Shown: positions 40,962-48,799, counted from the first letter of the stretch. The stretch is 64,000 nucleotides of DNA from an uncultured virus (IMG/VR IMGVR_UViG_3300030376_005178) (IMGVR_UViG_3300030376_005178); one strand, 5' to 3'. Notes: generated from the letters alone by a model not told the origin. Numbers and translations: made by a program.

Positions 40962-41326
40962 TGATTAGCAAGAATGAGAAGTTTACCGAGTAAGAGTGAA
41001 TTAAGTCTGCAAGTTTCATCATCTTTGTATTCTTTTTTAATCTCATTGAATACAAGTTCGATCAACTTTTCATACTCGTATGAATCGAATTCAGTTTCAC
41101 CCGTTGGGATTTCCTGAGACCACGCATATTGGATGGATTCAGTTTGTGTTTCAACTGGTTGCATAAGTGCCTCAATTTGTATATTATCAATATACTCGTT
41201 ATCAGGTGCATATTCAACCGATCTTGTGCCACTTTGTTCACTGTCTTTAAACCAAAATCCATCTGCTGTCATTTCCCACCCATCATCTATGCACTCTTGA
41301 TAGGTCATTTCTTTACATTTATCCAT
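40958..41326 (-). CDS. Hypothetical protein, probably with an internal start at 41164
   Basis: 122-aa ORF containing an early promoter and a GAGG RBS before ATG 41164. Confidence 0.55.
   Translation of the reverse strand: MDKCKEMTYQECIDDGWEMTADGFWFKDSEQSGTRSVEYAPDNEYIDNIQIEALMQPVETQTESIQYAWSQEIPTGETEFDSYEYEKLIELVFNEIKKEYKDDETCRLNSLLLGKLLILANQ
41189..41247 (-). promoter_or_regulatory. Early promoter with 8-6-8 palindrome (intragenic)
   Basis: TTGAAT-17-TATATT; GTGCCACT-ttgttc-ACTGTC from 41226. Confidence 0.7.
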
Positions 41327-41675
41327 AGATTACCTCACCATAAATTGCATTTTGAATGATCCAATCTGCCATGTCACTATCACAAACTGTTTGGTCACTA
41401 TCTACAATATAACCGAACACTTGATGTCTATAGCTAATATGTAATTTCACATCTTTCTTACACTCTGCTATACTAATTATGGACGCTTCAATATCATCTT
41501 TAGTCAAAGTATGTGTTAATTCTTGTTCACAATCATGGAAAGTTACGCTAGAATAATCATCAGCAATATCCATTTCATCTGCCCAATAGTTACATCCATA
41601 ACCTGCCATTTCTAATATATTTTCTAACTCTTCATCTGATAATGTGTATTCAATTGTTAATGTTTTAGTCATCAA
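41319..41675 (-). CDS. Acidic hypothetical early protein
   Basis: 118 aa, GCNYWAD...DSDMADWIIQNAIYGEVIYG. Confidence 0.7.
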   Translation of the reverse strand: MMTKTLTIEYTLSDEELENILEMAGYGCNYWADEMDIADDYSSVTFHDCEQELTHTLTKDDIEASIISIAECKKDVKLHISYRHQVFGYIVDSDQTVCDSDMADWIIQNAIYGEVIYG

Positions 41676-42106
41676 TTAATCCTCCAAAAATCATATCCAA
41701 AGTTAGGATCTTCAATCTTATCATAATCAAATCTAATTGCTGAATCCCATGTTGCCTCGTAATCTATTACTAACCATGATGGAATATCACAATCAATTAG
41801 TTCATTATCATCAATAAATTGCTCTACTGATTCATAGTTTCCTTGATACAATTCATCACAACCTTGTACATATTCAATGCCATTATCATCAACCCATCTA
41901 TCAATTACTTCCTTACCATCATCACAGAAAATGTTATTTACTGCATCAAGATAGTCCTCTACATATTCTATTTTGTCTTCACCATAAGTATCAACGAAAT
42001 CAATAAGTTCATCAAGTTCATAACTATATTCTGATAATTCTTCTATCTTTTCAACAACTTCTTTGCTGAAAACTTCTTTGTAATTAGATGTCATTGTTAC
42101 AGGCAT
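41672..42106 (-). CDS. ArdA-like antirestriction (DNA mimic) protein
   Basis: Very acidic; C-terminal YQGNYESVEQF...IPSWLVIDYEATW resembles the ArdA Y.G.y.s..dF...ip.....iDye motif. Confidence 0.55.
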   Translation of the reverse strand: MPVTMTSNYKEVFSKEVVEKIEELSEYSYELDELIDFVDTYGEDKIEYVEDYLDAVNNIFCDDGKEVIDRWVDDNGIEYVQGCDELYQGNYESVEQFIDDNELIDCDIPSWLVIDYEATWDSAIRFDYDKIEDPNFGYDFWRIN

Positions 42107-42108
42107 GG

Positions 42109-42285
42109 TTAAATTTCCTCTCCAAGTTTGTTGAATTGTTTGTTAATTAGTGGTACAATTAATGTGCCGTCTGGTTTTAACATTGATAACATATTGTTGA
42201 ACCATTCATTATTTAAATGATGTTCTTCAAATGTTAATTGATAATCTTTCATGTAAGATTGTGACCATTCGTGATGATATGCCAT
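42109..42285 (-). CDS. Small hypothetical protein (58 aa)
   Basis: MAYHHEWSQSYMKDY...MLKPDGTLIVP...FNKLGEEI*. Confidence 0.6.
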   Translation of the reverse strand: MAYHHEWSQSYMKDYQLTFEEHHLNNEWFNNMLSMLKPDGTLIVPLINKQFNKLGEEI

Positions 42286-42461
42286 TAGATTGCCTCAAAT
42301 TGGTTTACAACAATGTCCTCTAATTCTGATAGTCTATCATCATCAATTAGAGCAAGATAGTCAACTAAAATATCATTTAGTAGATTCTCTCGTTTAACTT
42401 CAGGGTAGTCAGATAACAGACAATCTATTATATCTGACTTGATATTTAATACTCTTGACAT
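42285..42461 (-). CDS. Small hypothetical protein (58 aa)
   Basis: MSRVLNIKSDIIDCLL...QFEAI*; TAATG coupling. Confidence 0.6.
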   Translation of the reverse strand: MSRVLNIKSDIIDCLLSDYPEVKRENLLNDILVDYLALIDDDRLSELEDIVVNQFEAI

Positions 42462-42462
42462 A

Positions 42463-42693
42463 TTATCTTCCTCCCTTAATTGTTAATGAACCTGCATGAT
42501 TAACCTTGTTAACTATACATGATTGATGAATATCTAAGAGTAAACTCATATTTACTCCCTCCCAATCTGTCCACTCTGATACATAATCTTCCATGTCAAA
42601 ATCACCAGTTCCATCTATCTTTTGTGGGCATGATTTGAATTCCATTTTATCATCAACCCAGAAGATTCTACCGAATTCATTAGAATAATACAT
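42463..42693 (-). CDS. Hypothetical early protein
   Basis: 76-aa ORF with a GGAGGA RBS. Confidence 0.7.
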   Translation of the reverse strand: MYYSNEFGRIFWVDDKMEFKSCPQKIDGTGDFDMEDYVSEWTDWEGVNMSLLLDIHQSCIVNKVNHAGSLTIKGGR

Positions 42694-42705
42694 GTTAAAT
42701 CCTCC

Positions 42706-42900
42706 TTAATAGTTTACAATAATGTCCCAGACTTCGATATAGTTTCTCAACCAATCTTTCTGGTAATTTGTTAATTTATCATCAGAATCACCGAATAAAA
42801 TATCATCTGCACTCATTAACTCTAAGTTATGTTTAGTGCAGAAATCTTCCAATACATCTGATAATAAATCAAGTTGATTAAATGCTCTAATTTGTGACAT
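42706..42900 (-). CDS. Hypothetical early protein
   Basis: 64-aa ORF with a GGAGG RBS. Confidence 0.7.
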   Translation of the reverse strand: MSQIRAFNQLDLLSDVLEDFCTKHNLELMSADDILFGDSDDKLTNYQKDWLRNYIEVWDIIVNY

Positions 42901-42901
42901 A

Positions 42902-43318
42902 TTAACCCCTCCTTAAATATAACCAACCACCTGCCCAATCACAGTTCTCATATACATATTCACGCTCTTTTATGATCCTTAAATCATAACGAACATTCTT
43001 AAGTGGTGATTTCCATGATGCAGGTTTGTGAACTTCACCTGTATTCTTATTAACGAAGCAGTGAACACTTGTATCTACATATTCACCATCACGCCATTCT
43101 GCTTGATTAATTTTATAATATTTGCGTCCTTCTCTAATAACAAATATGGTCAACTTCTCTGCACCTGACTTAATTCTCTTTAATCTTTTTTCAGCATACT
43201 CTGATGTGAATGTTTCCAAACTTTTAACAGTATACCTTCTGTATTGAGAATTAAGACGGTTTACGAGTTCGTCTGTCCATTCTGAGACTAACTCTGGAAC
43301 TGTTCTGGTTTGGGTCAT
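42902..43318 (-). CDS. Conserved phage hypothetical protein
   Basis: GRKYYKI...SVHCFV.K.TGEVHKPASWKSP...RYDL pattern; has its own early promoter. Confidence 0.75.
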   Translation of the reverse strand: MTQTRTVPELVSEWTDELVNRLNSQYRRYTVKSLETFTSEYAEKRLKRIKSGAEKLTIFVIREGRKYYKINQAEWRDGEYVDTSVHCFVNKNTGEVHKPASWKSPLKNVRYDLRIIKEREYVYENCDWAGGWLYLRRG

Positions 43319-43345
43319 TAAGTACCTTTATTTGTTTACATACTT

Positions 43346-43403
43346 ATTATAACTCAGCAAATGCCTCTGTCAGTCCATTGTGTACCACTTTGTTCGTTGG
43401 CAC
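43346..43403 (-). promoter_or_regulatory. Early promoter with 8-6-8 palindrome
   Basis: CTGACA-16-TATAAT; GTACCACT-ttgttc-GTTGGCAC at 43382-43403. Confidence 0.7.
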
Positions 43404-44321
43404 ACGCTCATCAATTAGTGTATTATATTCTTTGTGCAGTTCACATCCTATATAATGCCTACCCAAATCCTTTGCTACCATTGCGGTTGTGCCACTTCCC
43501 ATGAACGGATCTAATATAATATCACCCTTTTCTGATCCTGCTGTAATACATGGTATAATTAAATCGGGTGGAAATACTGCAAAATGAGCACCCTTATAAG
43601 GTTTATTTGTTATACTCCAAACTGACCTTTTATTCTTTGTTGGATATGATTTAGTGAGTCCAGTATGAGGATTTAAACCTGTACCTTTATTGTGATATTT
43701 GCCGTTAGTTCTATCTCTAGTTCCCCAATCTTTAGCTGGTTCTTTAATACTTTCATTGTCATAATAGTATTTCTTGTTCTTACTTAAGAGGAATAAGTAT
43801 TCGTGGGATTTTGTACATCTATCTCTTACACTTTCAGGCATTGGATTAGGTTTATGCCATATAATATCTTGCCTTAAGTACCATCCATCTGCCCTCAATG
43901 CAAATGCCAACATCCAAGGAATACCAATTAAATCTTTCTCTTTTATACCCTCTAATTTATTACCTCGTCTTGCACATTTGTCTGGTAAATCTTGTTTAGT
44001 ATTAGACACAGTTTGTTTAACTAATGCTTGACCTTTTCCAGGTCTATAGTTATAATAACTGTCCCCAATGTTTAACCACAATGTACCATCATCAGCAAGA
44101 CAATCCTTGACCTTAGATAATACTTTAACCATCTCTTGAATATATTCTTCAGGTGTTTGTTCTTGCCCTATTTGACAATCTTCCCCACCATAATCACGCA
44201 AACCGTAATAAGGTGGGGAAGTAACACACATCCTAGGTTTATCACATATACCAATGGTAATTTGTGATTTTAAAGTATCAAGAGTTTGGCGACAATCGCC
44301 ATATAAAATAGTATCTTTCAT
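43347..44321 (-). CDS. Amino-DNA methyltransferase, beta class (SPPY suggests N4-cytosine)
   Basis: Catalytic TSPPY near the N-terminus, HFAVFP, SAM-binding DPFMGSGTT near the C-terminus; TGATG coupling gives the start at 44321. Confidence 0.9.
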   Translation of the reverse strand: MKDTILYGDCRQTLDTLKSQITIGICDKPRMCVTSPPYYGLRDYGGEDCQIGQEQTPEEYIQEMVKVLSKVKDCLADDGTLWLNIGDSYYNYRPGKGQALVKQTVSNTKQDLPDKCARRGNKLEGIKEKDLIGIPWMLAFALRADGWYLRQDIIWHKPNPMPESVRDRCTKSHEYLFLLSKNKKYYYDNESIKEPAKDWGTRDRTNGKYHNKGTGLNPHTGLTKSYPTKNKRSVWSITNKPYKGAHFAVFPPDLIIPCITAGSEKGDIILDPFMGSGTTAMVAKDLGRHYIGCELHKEYNTLIDERVPTNKVVHNGLTEAFAEL

Positions 44322-44473
44322 CAATTAAGATTCACTCTTTTAATATCAACATCACCATATTGTTCCTCTACTATTCTTTTAGCAGCATCATAATTTGTTG
44401 CTGGAACTTCAACATCAATCAAACCCATATCGTTACGATAAAATGTAACTGTGGCAGTACGATAAGCAGACAT
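44321..44473 (-). CDS. Small hypothetical protein (50 aa)
   Basis: MSAYRTATVTFYRNDMGLIDVEVPATNYDAAKRIVEEQYG... Confidence 0.6.
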   Translation of the reverse strand: MSAYRTATVTFYRNDMGLIDVEVPATNYDAAKRIVEEQYGDVDIKRVNLN

Positions 44474-44487
44474 AATTAATAATTAGA

Positions 44488-44670
44488 TTAGGTAGATGGT
44501 GGTGTAGTAGATGGAACAGTTGTCATACATTTAATCATTTCAATGTCACAACCTAAGGTGTTTTGTATTCTATTTTTAGCAGCAGTTGGTGTGCTTGCTT
44601 TAACTTCTTCAGTGTAATGTTTCTTACCTGATGGTAACTTTCTATAAGTTACTTGTTGAATAAATGCCAT
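44488..44670 (-). CDS. Small hypothetical protein
   Basis: 60 aa directly after the helicase. Confidence 0.6.
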   Translation of the reverse strand: MAFIQQVTYRKLPSGKKHYTEEVKASTPTAAKNRIQNTLGCDIEMIKCMTTVPSTTPPST

Positions 44671-44671
44671 T

Positions 44672-45907
44672 TTAATAAGCGAATGAGTGTGCAGTTAGAC
44701 CATCTTCAAAGATCAATTCTATTAACTTTTGAAGACGATTACGAGTAGCAACAGATGATTTACTGTTGATAGGTACAGTTACAACACCATGTTTCTTATG
44801 GTATTGTTTAACATTACCTGCTTCAATCGTATCATTATGTATATTGTTATAATCATATTTATGAAGACGGATAACCCTTCCAATCGTTTGTGCCATCTCA
44901 ATAATAGGTAGATTTCTTAATAAAATAGTATGAGTTAATCCTGGAACATTGATACCTTCAGATAATATTGAATAATGAAATAATACAAACTTTCTATTAT
45001 CATCATCACCCCATTCTTTCAAAGTATCAAAGAATACTTGACGATTAACTTTAGTTTTATTAATATATGCACCATGCTTACTTGTAATGTGCATTATATC
45101 ATAACCCTGCTTTTTTAGGGATGATATAATATTACTTTTAGTCAGCATATTCCATAATATTGTAGTATTAGGGGCAGCAACTAAGATCTTAGGTGATAGC
45201 TCTGACTTGATATTCTTGATGATATTTAATATCACCTTCTTATCAATTTCAGGTGCATTATATTTTGTTCTAGTCTCATTTGTCTCATGTATATCAATTA
45301 GAGGTGCTAATATTGTGCCATTCTTAACAAGTTCAGGTGCAGGTACACTAATTAAAGTATTACCATAAACCTCTGAATTGTTCATGCCTCGTTCATTATT
45401 ACCTCGTGAATATTTGGGTGTAGCAGTAAAGAAATAACTACTATTTGACTTTACTGTTGATATACCTACAAAATGATTTTTAGATGTAGAGTTATGTGCT
45501 TCATCACAATATAGTACATCAATGTTAACCATTGAATCACATATTTTATGCAATGAATGATAAGTAGTGAAGATTAATTTATCATATTGTGGATGACGAC
45601 TCACCCAATTTGTGATAAACTCAGGTTTAGTTTCTCTATCATACTTAGTTTCACCACTATGTACATGCAACACCTTAACTTGAGGAACTTCAGTAATAAA
45701 TTCATCACATAATTGTTGTGCTAATAATATTCTAGGTGCAACAATTACAGCAGTTAATGGTGTATGTGCTGGTACATTAATTCTACTCTTTAAATCCTCA
45801 ATCATAATTGCAGTTTTGCCACCACCAGTAGGGACATAAATGCACCCCTTATTTGATAGTTTCATTGCTTCAATAGCACGAGACTGATGTGATCTAAGTT
45901 TTTTCAA
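44672..45907 (-). CDS. Superfamily 2 (ResIII/DEAD-like) helicase/ATPase; probable TTG start at 45907
   Basis: LRSHQ (Q motif), PTGGGKT, DEAH, TAT, LSEGINVP and QTIGRVIR. The track start at 45964 lies inside the upstream structured RNA. Confidence 0.88.
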   Translation of the reverse strand: MKKLRSHQSRAIEAMKLSNKGCIYVPTGGGKTAIMIEDLKSRINVPAHTPLTAVIVAPRILLAQQLCDEFITEVPQVKVLHVHSGETKYDRETKPEFITNWVSRHPQYDKLIFTTYHSLHKICDSMVNIDVLYCDEAHNSTSKNHFVGISTVKSNSSYFFTATPKYSRGNNERGMNNSEVYGNTLISVPAPELVKNGTILAPLIDIHETNETRTKYNAPEIDKKVILNIIKNIKSELSPKILVAAPNTTILWNMLTKSNIISSLKKQGYDIMHITSKHGAYINKTKVNRQVFFDTLKEWGDDDNRKFVLFHYSILSEGINVPGLTHTILLRNLPIIEMAQTIGRVIRLHKYDYNNIHNDTIEAGNVKQYHKKHGVVTVPINSKSSVATRNRLQKLIELIFEDGLTAHSFAY

Positions 45908-45930
45908 TAGTAGATTATATGTAAAGAATG

Positions 45931-46090
45931 TGTCGAGGGAACGGGGCATCAACATAGGTTTCACCTATATGCCCAAATTTACCTACTGGGAATCGCTTAC
46001 ACCTGAACCCCTACTACATCAATTACTGCAGAGGCATTATCCATGACTGCAGGTGATGTTTCGGGCAGTAGAACCGCTTATCCCTCAACA
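45931..46090 (-). ncRNA. Candidate ~160-nt structured RNA (ncRNA or helicase 5' leader)
   Basis: 5' and 3' ends pair over 10 bp (one G-U on the minus strand); internal helices; begins at the predicted +1 of the promoter at 46096. Confidence 0.7.
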
Positions 46091-46095
46091 TATTC

Positions 46096-46153
46096 ATTAT
46101 AGCAATAAAAAACCCCCTGAAAGGGGGTGAGGTGTCAGTTTATTGACCGTCAC
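46096..46153 (-). promoter_or_regulatory. Early promoter with 8-6-8 palindrome
   Basis: TGcTATAAT at 46096-46101; GTGTCAGT-ttattg-ACCGTCAC at 46132-46153. Confidence 0.75.
46107..46128 (-). terminator. Intrinsic terminator after the basic protein gene
   Basis: CCCCC-tttca-GGGGG followed by TTTTTT. Confidence 0.75.
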
Positions 46154-46452
46154 ACATTGAAGTGTGACTTATAAGATTTGGTAGCATACTGATAGAAACT
46201 AGAAAGAGATTTGTTAGCTAATTGTAAACCTTTTTTGCAATCATCCAAGAATAATGTAAACTCATAGTTATGAATTTTAACTCTTGACTGATAGTCTCTC
46301 ACATAATGGTTGAGAGTTAAAACTGTTTTAGCAGGTCTCTTTAATTTCTTCGGTGTTACCTTAGTAACAGACTTTGTAGAAGTTGTTGTTACTTTGCGAG
46401 TGCGTCTTTTGCGTGGAGTAGTTGTTCTCTTTGCAGTAGCAGCAGTTGGCAT
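46150..46452 (-). CDS. Arg/Lys-rich basic protein, possible RNA-binding protein
   Basis: N-terminal AKRTTTPRKRRTRK...PKKLKRPAK; lies between the large RNA and a terminator. Confidence 0.7.
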   Translation of the reverse strand: MPTAATAKRTTTPRKRRTRKVTTTSTKSVTKVTPKKLKRPAKTVLTLNHYVRDYQSRVKIHNYEFTLFLDDCKKGLQLANKSLSSFYQYATKSYKSHFNV

Positions 46453-46474
46453 AATGTAGGTTAATGTAAACTAT

Positions 46475-46954
46475 AGGGATGTTAGTTCTTTCTTCGGTAG
46501 CGAACCGAGAGGCACATCCATCTCCTCGTTTTTGTGTGTAGGACTTACAGGGCGTAATTTCTCTGCTGAACAGAGACAACCATAGACCCTTGCCTAAATG
46601 ATGTGGGACTTACAACTTCAAAACTGTCTTTTCAGATGTCTAGGACATCAGCAGTACAAGAGGTCTCCAAACATAAAGAGCAGTTTTCCACAGAATGAAT
46701 CAAAGATCATCTGATTGTTGCTCACCCCTGCCTTGCGTTTGCCCAGATAAGGTGAGTGGGGCAGAGAGTAATTTCGTGCTTTCTCTTCTTAGAAGCAGTT
46801 CACGAATCTTTAGACCTCCACGCTGTTTAATCAGGATTCTAACCTGACCCCACATAGGTGAGAGAAAACAAAACTGAGGGGACAGTTGCATTACCTTGAC
46901 ATCATGTGACTGCTTCTAAGTCAGTCTAGTCAGGAACCTCGTTTGTTTTCCCAT
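46475..46954 (-). ncRNA. Candidate ~480-nt large structured RNA
   Basis: At least nine nested helices plus a perfect 12-nt loop-loop complement; first helix starts within 2 nt of the predicted +1; no convincing ORF. Confidence 0.72.
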
Positions 46955-46960
46955 ACATGT

Positions 46961-47018
46961 ATTATAGGGCATCAAGGTCGTTGTGCAACTTTCTCTGTGA
47001 CACTTTCTCAACTGGTTC
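46961..47018 (-). promoter_or_regulatory. Early promoter with 8-6-8 palindrome driving the large RNA
   Basis: TTGCAC-16-TATAAT; GTGACACT-ttctca-ACTGGTTC at 46997-47018. Confidence 0.75.
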
Positions 47019-47357
47019 TTCATAGAATATCTTATTATTATATCCTATCATCAAATGTTTCCATGATTTGTTATCACCATGCTCTAGAATTTGATAGACT
47101 TCTTCTATACTTTCAGCACCTTGATTTGTTGTCCATCTTCTACTATACCATGAATTACCAATATCAAATGTATATCCTTTTGCTAATAGTTCATCAATAA
47201 ATGGATCATCATGGTTAATTATAACTCTAGACCTAAATTTAGGGTCTTGATTATTCTTTCTAACATAAACTGTCTTGCCACCATCAGGCGACTCATAAAT
47301 GTTGGTGTCTTGTTTAACACCTCTATTCATAACATTAGCAAATAGTTTATCTAACAT
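46962..47357 (-). CDS. Hypothetical protein
   Basis: 131 aa with an IYESPDGGKTVYVR motif. Confidence 0.7.
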   Translation of the reverse strand: MLDKLFANVMNRGVKQDTNIYESPDGGKTVYVRKNNQDPKFRSRVIINHDDPFIDELLAKGYTFDIGNSWYSRRWTTNQGAESIEEVYQILEHGDNKSWKHLMIGYNNKIFYEEPVEKVSQRKLHNDLDAL

Positions 47358-47623
47358 TAGTAAAACCTCGGTTGATTTACTTCTACTTCAATAGTATTAA
47401 ATAATCTATTAAGTGAGTTGGCATATGATCTATAACCACTACCAACATATAGTTGACCTGCTACTACTGAAATAGTTGCTATACCCCAAAAGATATAATA
47501 AAATCTGGATTTAACCTGATTTCGTTTTTTCTCAGGTCTCCAGTCAGGAATTGGTGCAGTCATTTGTCTCCATTGATATTTTATTATTATAGCATACATT
47601 AATAAGATCAACAACCACATCAC
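47357..47623 (-). CDS. Small membrane protein
   Basis: FYYIFWGIATISVVAGQLYVG transmembrane segment; start uncertain. Confidence 0.65.
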   Translation of the reverse strand: MMWLLILLMYAIIIKYQWRQMTAPIPDWRPEKKRNQVKSRFYYIFWGIATISVVAGQLYVGSGYRSYANSLNRLFNTIEVEVNQPRFY

Positions 47624-47870
47624 AGGTATCAGGATAATCTAATTTATCTTTAAAATGATCTTGTACTGTGAACCCAATATCATCCAATGCTTCACCATAA
47701 CATTGTTTTATATTATTAATAATATCTTCAATCTGTTTAAATGCAACATCATCCATTACAAACTTATGTTTATCAGGATGTAACTTAACCTCATTAATTA
47801 AATGATCTAATTGTTCCATTTGGAATAAATCCAATCCAATGTTAATCTTATTCATCAAATTCACATCCAT
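47544..47870 (-). CDS. Hypothetical protein
   Basis: 108-aa ORF within the operon; start uncertain. Confidence 0.55.
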   Translation of the reverse strand: MDVNLMNKINIGLDLFQMEQLDHLINEVKLHPDKHKFVMDDVAFKQIEDIINNIKQCYGEALDDIGFTVQDHFKDKLDYPDTCDVVVDLINVCYNNKISMETNDCTNS

Positions 47871-48087
47871 CAGTTATATAAAACATATCATATATTTTAG
47901 CTAATGCACCATTAATAAACTCTTGTTTATTATTTTCACTATTAAATATGTGAACACTTTTAAATTTAGTATCCCAATCCTCTTTCTTATTTGATAATAA
48001 CTTAAGAGATTCAAATATCATATCCCACTCTTCATCTGTAAAATATTCTCTAAGATATAAATGTTTAGCATTTTTAAGATACTGCAT
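47848..48087 (-). CDS. Hypothetical protein
   Basis: 79 aa, LREYFTDEEWDMIF. Confidence 0.6.
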   Translation of the reverse strand: MQYLKNAKHLYLREYFTDEEWDMIFESLKLLSNKKEDWDTKFKSVHIFNSENNKQEFINGALAKIYDMFYITDGCEFDE

Positions 48088-48799
48088 TGTAATTAATATT
48101 ATAAATGTGAAACATCATAGAATGATAACCACTATTATATTTCTTACCACTACCTTTCATTTGTAAATGGAATAGTTTCCTACCATCTGCAATTCTAAAC
48201 TCAAGAGTTGTATCATTGAGTGTCCATCTGCCTCCTTTAACCTGTTTCTCTATAGTTTCTACTGGAACCATTCTAATTATTTCAGATCCTTTAGTATGAA
48301 ATATCATAGTATCAACTGCATCACCATTATATCCTTGCTTAACAATAACATCAAAAATTGCACACTTGTTTCTATTCATCCATGTTACAAAAGAACTGCA
48401 AATTTTCTTCTCTATATTATTTTTATAGACCCTATTCTGCTTTATCTCCATAGCAGATAGAGTTAACTCAGGATGTCTCTCTTCTACAATAGATTTTAAT
48501 TCTTTATTATAATATCCAAAGAACATATCAAGGAACTGTTTATTATTTCCTTTAATCTTAAAGTGTTCAATGAAACCTTGAGTAGATAATAATGCTACTT
48601 GAGTATGATTCTTTGACATACTCTTACAAGAATATTTCCTCTTGTTGCCATTAATTTCATATATATCTACTTTAGTTTGAGATCCACCATCAACTACATG
48701 CTCACCACCAAATAATTTAGTAAATGTTGCAGCAATGTGATGCTCGAACTCATGTCCTTTTTTCTTGGCATTTTTACCAGCAGTCACAGCAGCAGTCAT
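48074..48799 (-). CDS. PD-(D/E)XK restriction-endonuclease-like nuclease (start revised from 48823)
   Basis: GHEFE helix, TKVDI, YSCKS and LQMKG, as in type II REase-like proteins; the -10 box overlaps the track's ATG. Confidence 0.6.
   Translation of the reverse strand: MTAAVTAGKNAKKKGHEFEHHIAATFTKLFGGEHVVDGGSQTKVDIYEINGNKRKYSCKSMSKNHTQVALLSTQGFIEHFKIKGNNKQFLDMFFGYYNKELKSIVEERHPELTLSAMEIKQNRVYKNNIEKKICSSFVTWMNRNKCAIFDVIVKQGYNGDAVDTMIFHTKGSEIIRMVPVETIEKQVKGGRWTLNDTTLEFRIADGRKLFHLQMKGSGKKYNSGYHSMMFHIYNINYNAVS

Noticed and set aside
45985..46012. tRNA (GGTTCA...TCCC resembles a T-arm)
   Set aside because: No cloverleaf, D-arm or CCA end; treated as part of the 160-nt RNA
46361..46891. Track ORFs 46361..46579 and 46700..46891 as proteins
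   Set aside because: No RBS or recognisable motifs, one overlaps the basic protein out of frame, and the region is better explained by base-paired RNA; not excluded without Ribo-seq
46475..46954. Group I/II intron, tmRNA or RNase P identity for the large RNA
   Set aside because: It does not interrupt a gene, and I could not find the conserved core motifs or tRNA-like ends by eye
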